Below the pieces are notes generated by a model, which worked only from the letters and a program-made list of their open reading frames with translations, had not been told where the DNA came from and ran no database searches. The translations under genes were made by a program, and so were the position numbers. A DNA stretch of 64,000 nucleotides from Dimorphilus gyrociliatus. Its lineage: Eukaryota; Animalia; Annelida. The stretch is taken from contig CAJFCJ010000002.1 of NCBI GenBank assembly GCA_904063045.1, forward strand, positions 3,157,891-3,221,890, in the 5' to 3' direction. Positions 39,301-52,496 of this stretch are shown here, piece after piece (position 1 is the stretch's first letter; each line of letters begins with the position of its first letter).

Positions 39301-40720
39301 CATTTCCGACCGATTGCAAAAGATTGACTACATCCTTCAAGACCTCGTTCAAATTCACTTTTCTCATACCAACACTTATTAAACCAACCGGAAATGATGT
39401 TGGAATTGACCGTCTATTCCCAGTTACATCGTCCGTCACGAACCAGGCGTAACCTCGACCGGTCATCTCAAATTCCTCAGCAACCACCATAATCCTTTTT
39501 GCCAATCGTTTCGAACAATGTAGTAAAATGATCCTAGCTCTCCTTTCTTTTAGCTTTTCCAAGTTTAATCCTATTTAGTGGAAAAAGAGTGTTAGAAGAA
39601 AGCTTTTACTATTATTCTATTTGATAAAAAAAATCGAAATAGCCTTATTTCTAATGGACATTATCCCTAATAAATTTTTATATAAATAATATATATTTAC
39701 TATTATTATACAAAATATTCGTTTTATGAACAGTTTATCACCTATATTATCACTCATTTTGATTCTTATTGTAAAATCCAAAGTAATTTTTTCTTTGAGT
39801 GTTTTCAATGCATCCAAGAAACCGTCGCTTTCTATAGAATTTTCCACGACTGCTGCCACACGTGTCCAGTTATTCGACGCCAAGACGTCGATAAGCTTCT
39901 CGGCCATAAGCGTTTTAGAAGGATGCAATTGCAGGTAGTAGGCCCTATTTGCCTGTAAATAAATAAAATTAATAAATGTATAGTATACAGTATACATACT
40001 GTATAAAAATGCATATATATATATATGTGTGTGTTTATATTATATAAACATGATCAAGTGACTTAAATGCATATATACAGTCTACTGTATATATTAGTAG
40101 TATAGATTATAAAAATGATTAAATATTTTTATTAGTAACATGAAAGAAGCATTAAAATTGTAGAGTAGGAAAGAGAGTATACTTTAATCCCTTTAAGATA
40201 TAAACTTAAAAAGAAAGATTTACATGATTACAAAAAAACATAATAAAAAATAAATAGAATTCTTTTTTCACTTATAAACAATTCATTTTTAACGTAGGAA
40301 AAATAAAATTAATTAATTATCAGATTCCGGAAGTATGTTTTTTGTTAGGCTGTCGTAAATCGGAATTTGTTGGGATCGATTCTAATGTCTGTATAATGGA
40401 CGTATGGGATAAGAAGTAGTTTCTTCTTTTTTCTCTCCCCTACCTTTCACATTTCTCCTTTTGCCTTTTGCATAATGTTATATGCTACTAACAATAGAAA
40501 TATATATATATATATAAATATATATGGTCAGATAGGACATACAGGAAATATATTTATAAATAAATAGGAAAATCGTATATCGACTTTTTACTGCTGTCTT
40601 TGATTATTTCAGCTTGTGAACTGAGGTATAACAGTCATAATAAATTCAGTAGAATCCATTTCTTTTACGCTATGTCTTTTCTTTTGTTCATCTACTACTT
40701 CATCCTTTGTCTCTCACTCT

Positions 40721-40769
<49 letters not shown>

Positions 40770-43700
40770 TCCGTGTTTGCTTTCCCTCAGGGCTTTTGGT
40801 TTTCGAAGAGACCTATATACAGTTGATGCAATCATTGCAGGAAAAGCTTCTAAACGTCTCCTCAAGCAACGATTATGCAGTATTATTCTAGTTATTCATA
40901 TCCCTTTGCTCTCTATATTGTTTCTACGCGATAGGTCAGGGAAACTCGAAAAGTCGGATGTTTAACAAAGTAAATAAACAATAAGTGCTTAATAGACTAT
41001 TTCCTGTTAAAAATGACAAATTAAGGAAAGTAGTAGATATTGGTTAGATCTTACCTTTTAATATCTTAATCTGTAAAACGTTAGACTCGTGTCGTGACGT
41101 CATTATACTTTCTAGTTTTTAGACACGCTCTTTGTCGATATCTCACTTTTTAAATAATTATTATTCGATTAAATTTTCCCTTTTGTAAAATGCTCTATTC
41201 ATTTTCTATTTTAAAAATAGACTAGCTTAATAGTAATAGAGTAGAGATATTGATAATTAAGAATTCCAATAATTATAATGATAGTCTAACTATACAATAC
41301 TATACATTAAAATTTAATATTTAATATATTTGATTAGTTTGAAACAAATTTTAAAATCAGTATTTTATAACAATATTAAAAAACGAAGTTTGTGTAAATG
41401 GCAGTAAAACGTGGAATATTTTAATATAGAGTATTCAATTTATGTCAAGAGTGTTTTAGAAATCATATGTGATTGGAATGGTTTTTTTTCTTCTTTTTAT
41501 AAGTCTATTAAAACTATTTAAAGGGTATAAATTAAAGAAATCCTATATTCTATTTTCCTATATAGGAATGAAAAGATAAAAGATGGAAAAAATAAACTTT
41601 ATTCCCCCTAAATTCTCTCTTATTTTATCCTTTTAGTTAATGAAAAATATGTCAGAGAGATGGACAGGAATAGGGAAAAAAGAATAAGAGAGATAGATAG
41701 ATAGATGGAGAGTGAGAGAAGAGAAAATGATATATATATATATATATATATATATACAGTATATATAAAATTTATATATATATATTATATATAGATATAT
41801 ATGTAGTAAGGAAACAAGAGAACAATAAGGATATTTAAGGGAAAGGAGAAAAAAGAGGGAATTTTAGTTTTATTTTGTTTTAGAGAAGAGAATAAAAAGA
41901 ATCCTATTGAATAAATAAGATTAAAAGGTATGAGCAATTTAATTAGACCTAATTAAATATACTATTTATACTCTTGTATTGATAAAAATGCTATAGTTAT
42001 TCTGATGTCTAATATATTCAAACTTATTTTACTTTTAATAAACAAACATTACAATATTCTTATTTTTCTTTTACACTTAATTATACGTAATGCGCTGGAG
42101 GTTGTACGTGACTAAAGGAAAAAAAACCTTGCTAACATAGAATTTTTTTAGTGACCTAATTAAATTGAAAATTATTCTTAAGAAAGAAAGAAGGAACGAG
42201 GGAATGAGTGAATGAATGAATGGATGAAAAATAAATATTACTATTTATTACTATTATTAGTTTTATAAGTCTCTAATATTAGTACAGGACTAAATTTACC
42301 GTATACTGCAAGAAAAAAACTGAAATATTTTAATTAGATAATTTGTATATATAGTATATACGAAAATAGATTTTAAGTGAAAGAATAAAGGGAAAAAGAG
42401 CTCATAAATTTTTAGCCCCATACGTCAATTTAGCGTTAATTATGTAGTCAAGAAAAAAAAGATCATTTATCAATATTTTCTAGATGGTTTTTTTTTTTTT
42501 AAGAGTAAAGAAAGAATGATAGAGTGACAGATACCGAGAGAAAAAAATAAAAAGAGTTCAGATAGAGAAAAGAAGAAATAGAAGGATAATCAATAATGTG
42601 TTTCTTTTCGTTAAAGTTGTTAAAAATTAACAAATTGCATCTTATAAAGAGAAAAAACAGAAATATCTGATATTCTACATTGTTTTTAAATGATTTTATA
42701 TACATTATATAGAGTTTGTTTCTTTTTATCGTATAGTAAAAAGAAGAAGAAAAAAGTCTAAGTTTGTCAAAAAAGAAAAGAATGAAGGATATGTAAAGTA
42801 AAACAAGGAAAAGTACTCTATACATTTCCATTATTTTGCTTTTCTTTTTTAGAATAATAATATTATTTATTCCTTACGTTATATACAATTTATATTTTGT
42901 TCATCTCCGTTTATTTTCTCTTGTCTTTCTTTTACTATTCATTTCTCTCTCTCTCTCTATCTCTGTCCTTTTCCAATATTCTATTGGTTTATTTCGTCAT
43001 CCTTTCCACACAGAAAAAAGTATTTTGTGAAAGGAGAAAGTCACGTGACAAGGATAAATTTTTTATTGTTAAATAATAAGAGATTGAGAATTTGATTTTT
43101 CAATAATATAATTGGTATTTTCCTCTTTAGAGAAAATTCTGAAAGCTTGTATTTTATTCGAGTTGTTATTGAATAATCCAATAGGACATGTTATTCAAAG
43201 TAGAGAAATGATTTTTGCATATAGTGTAAATATCATAAACATGATGTGTATATAAAACATATTAGCTTCTTTTTTAAAAGCTCTAAAATTACTTTGATAT
43301 GAGATTTAAAAAACAAAAGAAAAAACGACTAACAAATGCGGTTTTTCTTAAATTGCTCTACATTTTTTTGATTGATCTTTGGGGAGTTGATAGAACACAA
43401 TATAGTGATAACATCACGTGACTAGAAAGCCTCAATACGATTGACTAGCTATCTGATAGCGCTCCGAAATTAAGGTTAGATCTCTTATTCCACATTTAAT
43501 AAAGAAAGGAAAGAAAAGATTTTGGATAATTTCTCAAGTAAAATCTCAGTAAAAATAATAAGTCGAACAGTTTCTTCTTTGCTTCTTTAGTACAAGTAGT
43601 AGTTGAAATGTTGATGGAGAAAAAGTAGAGACAAAAATACACTTCAAGCTTAATAAGGCTAAAGCTTTTTTTAATGACGATTGTAGAAATCGCCGATGCG

Positions 43701-46700
43701 TAAATCGTAGCTTTCCTAACATTAATAAATAGTATGGTTTTAAAATTTTCTTTTCAATCTTCCTTATATTTGAATAAGTCACTTTGACATTTTCACTTGC
43801 ATTAAATGATTAATATATAATACTTTATTAAAATAATACCCTAATAAGTAAGCTACTACTGGATTGATTGTTTTGTACAGAATTAGGCGTTTGGCGATTA
43901 ATTATTCCGCTATAAAATTCGAAAATGATAGAATCTCACGGCTCAGAAGAAAAAAGTGCTAGTTAAAGGACTGTTTCTTTGCTAGAAGTCTTTAATAGAG
44001 TCTGATATATATACATATATGTATATATATATATTTATAGGTATAACAGTATTTTTTTCTCTTTAAAAGGGAAAATATAAGAATTTAAACGAAAATAAAC
44101 ATTCAATATACTATTACTCTTCAAAAAAAGTTGAAAAGAGACGAGTTTACAAGTCTTTATTTTGTTTTTCATTCATAAATTAATAAATAGCTTCATTGAA
44201 ATCTCTTAGAAATGAGTCAACTCTATATTTTGTTGTTTAAAAAGAGTATAAAACTTGGATTTATCGTTTTCTACGTTTGTTTTTGTGTCTATAATGATTA
44301 GGATAATATGAAAGAAGGGAGGAAAGTATGGCATAAGGGAAAAGTCCGGTTATTGATCATATTCCCGTGAAAAGATGTATGCTACATTAGCAGTTCCATC
44401 ACAACTTGGACGAGTCATAAAGAGGAAAAGAATTCTCTAATATCATGCATATATATTTGGCACTTTATTGATTTTCGCCCAGCATCCTTATATAGGACTA
44501 AGAAATTTAGCGCGCGCAAACAGCGCGTTGCAATACCGCAATATCCGTTTGCCTTATACTCTTTACTCTCTTCCTCCTCCAGAAGATTTTTTATCCAGCT
44601 ATTTTCTTTACATTTAAGTGAAAACGACTTTTATGAAAAATATATAAGGTCTGACAAACATATGATGCCGAGCCTAAGTACAATTAGCGTTTGTGCAAAC
44701 GTCATGCACGAATTAACGACGTTGTACTTTTCTTGTTTGCTCTACCACTTACATACTTCGTTTATTTACCGCTCTATACAGTTTTGCTGCTTTCTTTAGC
44801 TGATAGAAAATAACTTTTTTCCCTCTTATTTTCATTTTTCTAAAAGATAATTTCTATTAAAAACTATTGCAATCGTATATTATAAAATGTCAATTTTGCC
44901 CTCTTTACGTTTTTTTTTGTATTTTATTTATATAGCAATACATATTTTTTGCTTGTATATTTCTATTTCTTTCTCTCTTTCTCTCTCTCTATACCAGTCT
45001 TTGCTTGCTTCATCTTCTTTGCCAAATATCCTATATTACATCAAATGATTTTTTTGGCGAGTATTAGAAAAATAGAGGAGAGAAACGATTTCTAGAGAAA
45101 TGGAGTGACAAATCAGATCAACCGGTGGAGGGTGGAAAATGGTGCGTTATAAAGGCTTAATTGAAGCAATATTAAGCCGCCAAAACACATTGATTTAATT
45201 CACTTTTCCCAAACTTTCTATATTTACTCATCCGACAATAAATGAAAATATAAAACTTTTTTCGATCGAGTTACACTAATGAATTGAACCTAAAAAATAT
45301 GGCGAATGCAAATAGACAACTGCAAATCTTTTAACTAACAGCTAACCAGCAGCAAAAGAGAAAACTAAATAGGATAACAATAAAACATTTAGATGATGTT
45401 TGTATTGCGGAATTCTTGAAGTAACTGGCATAAAAAATTAAAATCCACCTTTTAACAATACTTAATAAATTCTTTGTTCTCGTATCAAGCTTTGGATTAT
45501 TAGTTATAAATCGTTTATATTAAAATTTCTACTTTTTTGTTAAAAGAATAATGGTTGTGTGGTTTTTAAGTGGGGAAAATGAAATATACTCACGAGAGTA
45601 ATACTGTCGTGATCATTATAGCAATAGCCTTTGATCTTTTACCCCTTTGACTAAATTAGACTGGTGATCCGGTCCCGTCAAAGGGATGGAGAGAAGAGTC
45701 CCTAAAAGCATGGGACAACTAGGATCTACCCCTTACATTATAAAGACGGTCAAATTGTAAAATTTACAAGACTAAAAGGTCCCTTAGGAGTTATCTTTAA
45801 GAGTATTTAGCTTTTGTCATCTTTTATGGGCCTTTTTTCATCTTTAGGGGATATATTTATTAAAGCTTCATGCAACGTATCATTAGTTCTTTAGAAAGAC
45901 GATTGCTCTAGAGGAAATCGATTTTAGCTTAAAATATGAAATATTACAATAAGGAATGCATCCGTGAATAAACTATAGAACTAGTAGAATAGAAGTAAAA
46001 GTACATTTTCATAATTACTATCTAATCGTTAACAGTTTCGCCCATATATCATACATTTACAATCTAAAGCTTTCCCTTGTAAGTATTACTAATCATACAA
46101 ACTATTCGTTCTTTTAATGAAGTAAGAGAAAATCTTTAAAAAAAAGAATACAGGAGAGCAAAAAACTGGTGGTGATAAAAAGTGTGATAAAGAACGAAAT
46201 ATTCAGAAGAAAAGCTTAAGATCGATACACAAGCTATATACAGTGTATAAAGTGTATATACATATATATTTGTATATATTTTTAAGTGAGGATAGTGGTT
46301 TTTCAACTGTTGAATGTTTATTCGTATTTTTCAACCTTTATACAATATTATATAAAGAGAGAGTTTTTCTTCTTGTTTAAAAGAGAACTAAAAAGTTTCC
46401 AAGGTTATATCAAGTATTTTATGGACAACCATAAATAAATCGGTATAGATTTAACCATAATAAAAAGAGCATAAAAGAAAGAATTTAGACTGAAAAAAGT
46501 ACGTATTCTAAGAATAATGTTTATACTGTACAGTGTACTGAAATTGTAATATTTAGATATAAATTTATATATATATATAGTACATCTATGTAATTTCTGT
46601 ATATGCAAACTACATACAATATATACAATATATATGTATATACAGTATACAGTATATTTTTAGAAGTATAAATACATTCATATTAATGGTGCTGACTGTA

Positions 46701-49700
46701 AAATAAAGAAGAAATATTGTCAGAGATAAGGCTTTTCTTATCAATAATAAAGTCGGTAATGAGGGATTTTTTGTGCTTTTTTTCCTACTCAATTGTCATT
46801 CAGTTTATTAGTAAGACATAAACTGGAATATTTAGGATTCTTCAAATTAGTCATATTGTGATTAACTCTTCTTAGATACTAAAAGGAAATAGACATTTAC
46901 GGAAGATATACAAATGCCCAGGCAAAGAAAGGGAGTAAGAGAAAAAGTGGCATGGTGAGAATGAGGGAGAGAGAGAGAGAGCGATAGACAGATTGAAAGA
47001 AAGAAGAGACGTTAAATGATGCGAATAAAACAAACTGTAAGAAAAAACTGGAACGATCTTTATAAAAACCATAGTAATGACTTTTCCGACTTTGTTCATC
47101 CTTCAACCTGATAAAGCTAACTTTTAATGTCATCACATAGTCTACAAAACAATGACATTCGACCAACGACGCTCATTTGCCACCGAAATATTTGTAAACA
47201 ATTAGTTCAAATACATTCATTAAAATCAAAAGCAGAAGTATGGTTTGAAAAAAATGCTAGTTCAACGCTTTTTAGTTAATTAAGGTCTGTCAGGCAGTCT
47301 TATTCTTTTCATTTCTATATTTTCCTTTATAATCGTATTCTCTATTGTCTTCTCATATTTTATGCATCTCTTGATAAATTTTAATTCTTAATTTTTCTAT
47401 ATAGCTTCTCCTTTTTAGTACTAGAGAATGGTAAAACGAATAGAGGAGAGTGTAAAAGCATATATACAGTATCTGTATGTATGTATGTATGTATGTGTGG
47501 GTGACTGGGTGGGTGGTGTATGTATGCGAGAGTAAGAGAGACAGAGCGAGGACGAGTGCGATAGAAGAGCATAAGATGGGGAAAAGTTGACTTATTTTTT
47601 TATCGCATCTATAAAAATCCAATTGTCTACAACTTAGAGCGACCGTAATTTCTTTTCTGATAAAATTCGGCCAACCTTTTAGTGTTGGTAAATTAACGTA
47701 TATCGCATTATTTACAGGCGTTTGCCATGGCAACACGCCAATTCCGACGCTTTTATTCCTTTGTTCTGCTTTAGAATTATGGACGTCACTCGGTATTAGT
47801 TCCATTTAATCCCCCGAGTTGTTAAAGCGGTATCGTGTTGGGAATTTCAATTATAACTACAAATTGCACATAAAGTGATGTTGCTTTTGTTATATATCTT
47901 TGTAAGAAAATTAATTATGAAAAATTCATAATAGGCTTACAATTATCCTACTTACAACAAATTACATATTATTTAATAGAACGATATGCGTAGGACCAAA
48001 GTATTAACTTCGAAGTCTTAATTAATCATTAACTAGTCGATAGGTAATTACTCGTGAAAGAAGAAAAGGAACACTTCATAGAGTTATTTCATTTAAAAAC
48101 CAAAGTTTTTGTAAGTAAATGAAAAAGACAATAAACAGAATAAAGAATTATAAATAAAATTATAATATAATATATACATATGTTAATGTAGTATCGTATA
48201 CATTCCATTTCTATAACGTATATTCTGGATGTTCGTGTAGGAAATTATTATTTTTTTTTAGCTAAATAATAAATTCAATATATAGGTCAAGCTAATAACC
48301 CTCAGTCTGAAAGCTTTTCGTACATCTGGATTATAAAGATTTTCCAAGTCTCGCTTGTTCTTTTTTGTTGTTACTATAACCAGGATTAGAGGTCAACGAC
48401 ACTTAGAAAAGTACATTTGCGATAAAAGAAAACTCTCCGAGACGATCATTTCTTTTTATGAATTATTGCATTAACAAGTCCGATATATGTGAGAAAGACA
48501 GAGAAATTTATAAGGAGATTTATGGAAGAAGAAGAAAGAGGGGGTGGCAGGAGGAAGAGGAAAAGAAAGAGGACAGAGATAAATTGCAGTTTGAAGAAGA
48601 GATTTAGCTATATGGCAGATATTCATTAATATTTAACCAAATATGTGCTTATCTATTGTATGACTGCTTTAAGAGATAAATATGTATAATCCAAGAAAAT
48701 CCTAATGCAAATCTTTCCCAGTAGGATAAATTTAAAACGTGTTTTTTTTATATTTAAATACAAAAAACGTATTTTAAAGCATTTGATTGTTCAAATGAGA
48801 TTTTGAATGAATGTACTCAATTGAAAAGAAATAGCGCCGGAGGTGGTAAATTAATCAAGGTTACTTTGAAATAGCTGGATTATTTGCAAATGGACATAGT
48901 CTTGTTTAAACAGTGTCCGGTAAATTTAATTAAACTACAAACTACAACAAAAAACTGCTTTTATTTGTATAAGAATTTTAGAATAGATTAGGTTAGTAAG
49001 GAGTGAAAAATAGCCCCATTTTCCTTCTAAAACAGACTACGATAAAGTAGATTATCTTTACTTAACGAAAGTACTGTAAAATTTCAATAAGCCAATTAAA
49101 CATACGGAAGATTCATTTCTAATAGTGAAATAAGATAGGTTAAAGGTGGCTTAAAAAAGTGGCAACCTTTGAAATATAATTTTAAACTTACAGTCAGTAT
49201 TTGTAAACAAGTAAATATTCGTATATCAAACAGAATGGACTATCTGTCAGATTACTCTAAAAAGTTTACAACTTATTAACTTTGAAATAATAATTGTATT
49301 CAAATTAATCAATAGATTCTATATTTTCTCTTTATTATCGTTATATTAAAATAAACTTAACTGTTAAGTAAAAGTTTACTTAATTTATACGTGATTAGTA
49401 CTAAAGAAGGCTAGCTTTTAAATTTTATTATTTCTATATATATTCTCTTTTTGCCTTTGTTGTTTGCTTGTTTGCTTTGTTCTCTATTTATTTTATAAAT
49501 ATATATGAATACATACACATATATATGCATTGTATATAAGGTTTATGTAAATTTTTAATAGATATATAATTTTAAATGTTAAATTATTATCAGTTTGTTG
49601 AAAACATACAATGGCTGATTGAAAAAAACACAAATTTAATTAGGAAATACAAATTGAGACAAACCGAATCTTTTATACTACGATTGTACCAATTGTATTT

Positions 49701-52324
49701 TGTTTTTTAAGTATAATGTTATATATACTATACACTATATGTATATAGATTATAGATACATAGACTTCTTTTGAAGATATAGAGAACAGGTAAAGAAGAA
49801 GGGATACTCTTCTTTCTTTAGCTTTTCCGTTAGATTTTTTTTTCTTTTTCTTTTATTTGGTTTGTAATATCTATATAATAAACTTGGAGATAATCGTTAA
49901 GATCAATGTCGATTTATGGGATATCTTTTCTTTGAATAGTTTTATTTAAAGAAGGCAAAAAGAATCAAGTAAAAGAAAAAAAAACTTTTGAATATTAAAA
50001 GCCTACTTTCTTTTTAAATATAGAAAGAGAATTAATGATCAATACTTGATTAAGGGCAAATATGAGGTCAAAGACGCTTTAAAAAGGCTACTTTACATTC
50101 AAAACTGTAGATTTTTACCTTTTTATTCTACTTTTAGGATTTTTTTCTGTAAATAAAGATCCTTAATTAAAAAATTGATGTATCCTCTAAAAAAAGAAAA
50201 ATCGATGAAAAGTCATGTTCCTCGTTGGTAAGGTGTTAACGTTGTATGTCAAAGAACTAGTTGCAAAAATCCTTCATTTTTTTCTAGTGAAATGAGCCAA
50301 AAAGATCAGTATGATCAAACAACGATGGCATTGAATCGAGTTTATAGTAAAAAAATTTTTCGAACAGGAAGAAATTACGATTATTATCAATCTTGATGTA
50401 AATCTATCAAAGAGTAAATATTATTACAGTGTAAATCATTTCCCCCTCATTATCTTCGTATTAAAGTTATCCCATTAGTTGAGGGAAAAATGAGAAATAT
50501 AGAGATACAAAATTTTTTTGCTTATTTATTTAAACATTATAGATTGCTATTTGCATTTATTTTTACTCTTTAAACTAATAATGCATAAGAAGAAGAAGAT
50601 GATGATGAAAAACCAAGAGTAATCCATATTGCAAGAAGAAAAAGGCTTACTTCAGTAACGACGAAGGAGATAGATAGTTTGATAATATCACAACTATAAA
50701 ATTATACAATATGATATTTTTTACAATAGAATTATGTAAAGCCATAGTATTTCATTCAAATTCGATTTCTTTACCCTTGTAAAGAGAGAAACAAGAAGGA
50801 AAAACTAATGATAATCTTAAATATTTATTTATATTTATCTTCTGTATATATTAAAAATTTATTTTAATTTGTTGCCATTATCATTATTTTATTAGGGAAA
50901 AATCTATATTTGCAATAGTTATCATGTAAATTAATTACGCCTAAACGTTACTCTTTTAAGATAAATTTATATATAGACTTTATATAGAGAAAGGTATAAA
51001 TATTACTAGCTGTTTATAATTCTTCTTAGCAGTATCTGTAATTTAATTTGAGTAGTAATGCTAAAATTCTAAAGATATTTTAATCGAAGTACTGTAATTG
51101 GGTAAGATTTTAAAGGCTTTTTGTCTGTACCAATTGGTGAAGATGCCTAATGATGTATGTCTTTAATCTAAGACTAATATTATATGTTTAGCGCTGTTGA
51201 CTCTTGAGTACACTTTTTAGTACGTTATATGCGTCTCTTTCAAACGAAAAGTGATGAATTGTCATCAGCTTTATTCAATAAATCATTCTGAAAAAAATTT
51301 CTTTCTTTCTAGTAGTTTTATTAAGCTATGCGGTAGAAAATAGTATTATTTTTTACGTTATTGTAAGAACATAATCTATTATGGCTTTTACTGTTTCTAT
51401 ACTATCCTTCCGAAAAAATTCCAAAAAAGGAAAGTATTAAAATAATACTTTCTTTTATTTTTTATCTAATTATAAATCTGATGGAGAGAATGGACCAATC
51501 ATTCTTATTAGTCTTTAGCGCTTGTGGGGCTTTACTCGGGGAGAGAAATGAAGAGGAAAAATTGACGTGATCAAACCCACGTCTAGAAATATGTTAGAAA
51601 ATTGATTCTAGTCTTACTCTCTCCCTACTATGATACATATATGGTGGTATTTGTTAAGCGACGAAAAGAAAACATGTAGAATTGAAGACAAGTAGCTCTA
51701 AGAAAAGAATAAGAAAAAAAATGACTATTCGAGAAATGATTTTTACCCTATTTGTCATTTTCCTTAATAAAATCACTATAACTATATATAGAATAGCAGT
51801 TTTAGTCAATGTAAATCTACTGTATAAGAGAAATTGAAAAGATAAAATAAAATTTCACTTTTACGTGATTTAAGAAGCATTATTTATTCTTTTGGAATTT
51901 AGGGATTATATATATACTTTGTATACAGTACATGGAAAAGTGAAAATATTTAGTTTACCTTTATATCTTTCCCTTGATATTGGATGCAAAAGAAATGTAT
52001 ACTCACTGCAACGTAGCCATGAGCTGTATAGCGATAATCCAAGTCAAATGCCAGAAGAGGTGTACAAGTCCACCCAGAGACTATTTTCATAGCCTCAATG
52101 GCTCTTTTCTTGCCGATTCCCAGTAATATTTCTGGTTCAACTTTTTTATAAATCTCATGTAAATTCCTTAAATTAGCTGGGAAAAATCCAGTATCGGTTA
52201 AGTTGACGAACTTGAGGTTACCTTGGCGGCCAATTAGATTGTCGAACGCAGTTTTATTAGCGTCGAAGAGAGTTAAAACAGTGAGACCGACGGACGGATG
52301 CAAAAGTGCCAAAAGGAAGAGCAT
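28269..52324 (-). CDS. GRIN3-like: NMDA-type ionotropic glutamate receptor subunit, GluN3-like (about 1135-1147 aa): exons 52007-52324, 39742-39952, 39225-39570, 35799-35949, 33533-33891, (33420-33439?), 32837-33343, 32447-32649, 32249-32388, 29575-29725, 29361-29477, 28269-29189
   Basis: Signal peptide MLFLLALL, ATD, S1 (CCSGLSIKLL, GSWNGLVGDL, AVGAMSVTKERS), M1, SYTANLAAF, S2 and M4. GluN3-type segments: EWNSPFGLNPWGRKR, SPKAW, WSQRLYR and a C-terminal coiled coil. Glycine-site-like residues: S1 MSV, S2 QSSSV and AYLDD. Splice phases are consistent except for one unresolved junction at 33344-33551. Confidence 0.9.
30312..30394. repeat. Compound (GAAA)n/(GATA)n/(GA)n microsatellite in a GluN3-like intron
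   Basis: Direct reading. Confidence 0.9.
40726..40767. repeat. (CT)n microsatellite in GluN3-like intron 1
   Basis: Direct reading. Confidence 0.9.
41730..41768. repeat. (TA)n microsatellite interrupted by a single CAG
   Basis: ...TATATATATA-CAG-TATATATA, with CAG at 41757-41759. Confidence 0.9.
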
Positions 52325-52380
52325 TATTCCTTATTATTAGTATCCAAAAGTTCATCGTCTAATCCGTCGTTCCGTTGCAT
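52324..52380 (-). other. 18-aa upstream ORF (MQRNDGLDDELLDTNNKE*) whose TAA shares its last A with the receptor ATG (TAATG)
   Basis: ATG at 52380, 19 codons, stop at 52326-52324, main ATG at 52324-52322. Read directly from the sequence; translation is not shown. Confidence 0.5.
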
Positions 52381-52496
52381 TTTTACCCGAGAAGGAATTT
52401 TGGGGTTGGGAGTAGGAGGGATTTTCCCTTCTGCTCTAAGTGATCATGGCAGCCTCCCTTGTACGACTGATTCTGTTACGTAGGCCTCGATTGATG

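Noticed and set aside
47353-47805. 150-aa minus-strand ORF inside GluN3-like intron 1, considered as an extra or alternative first exon
   Set aside because: Exon 1 and exon 2 already align contiguously with the NMDA ATD. The second half of the ORF is translated microsatellite (HTYTTH, IHTYIQ) and no motif is recognisable.
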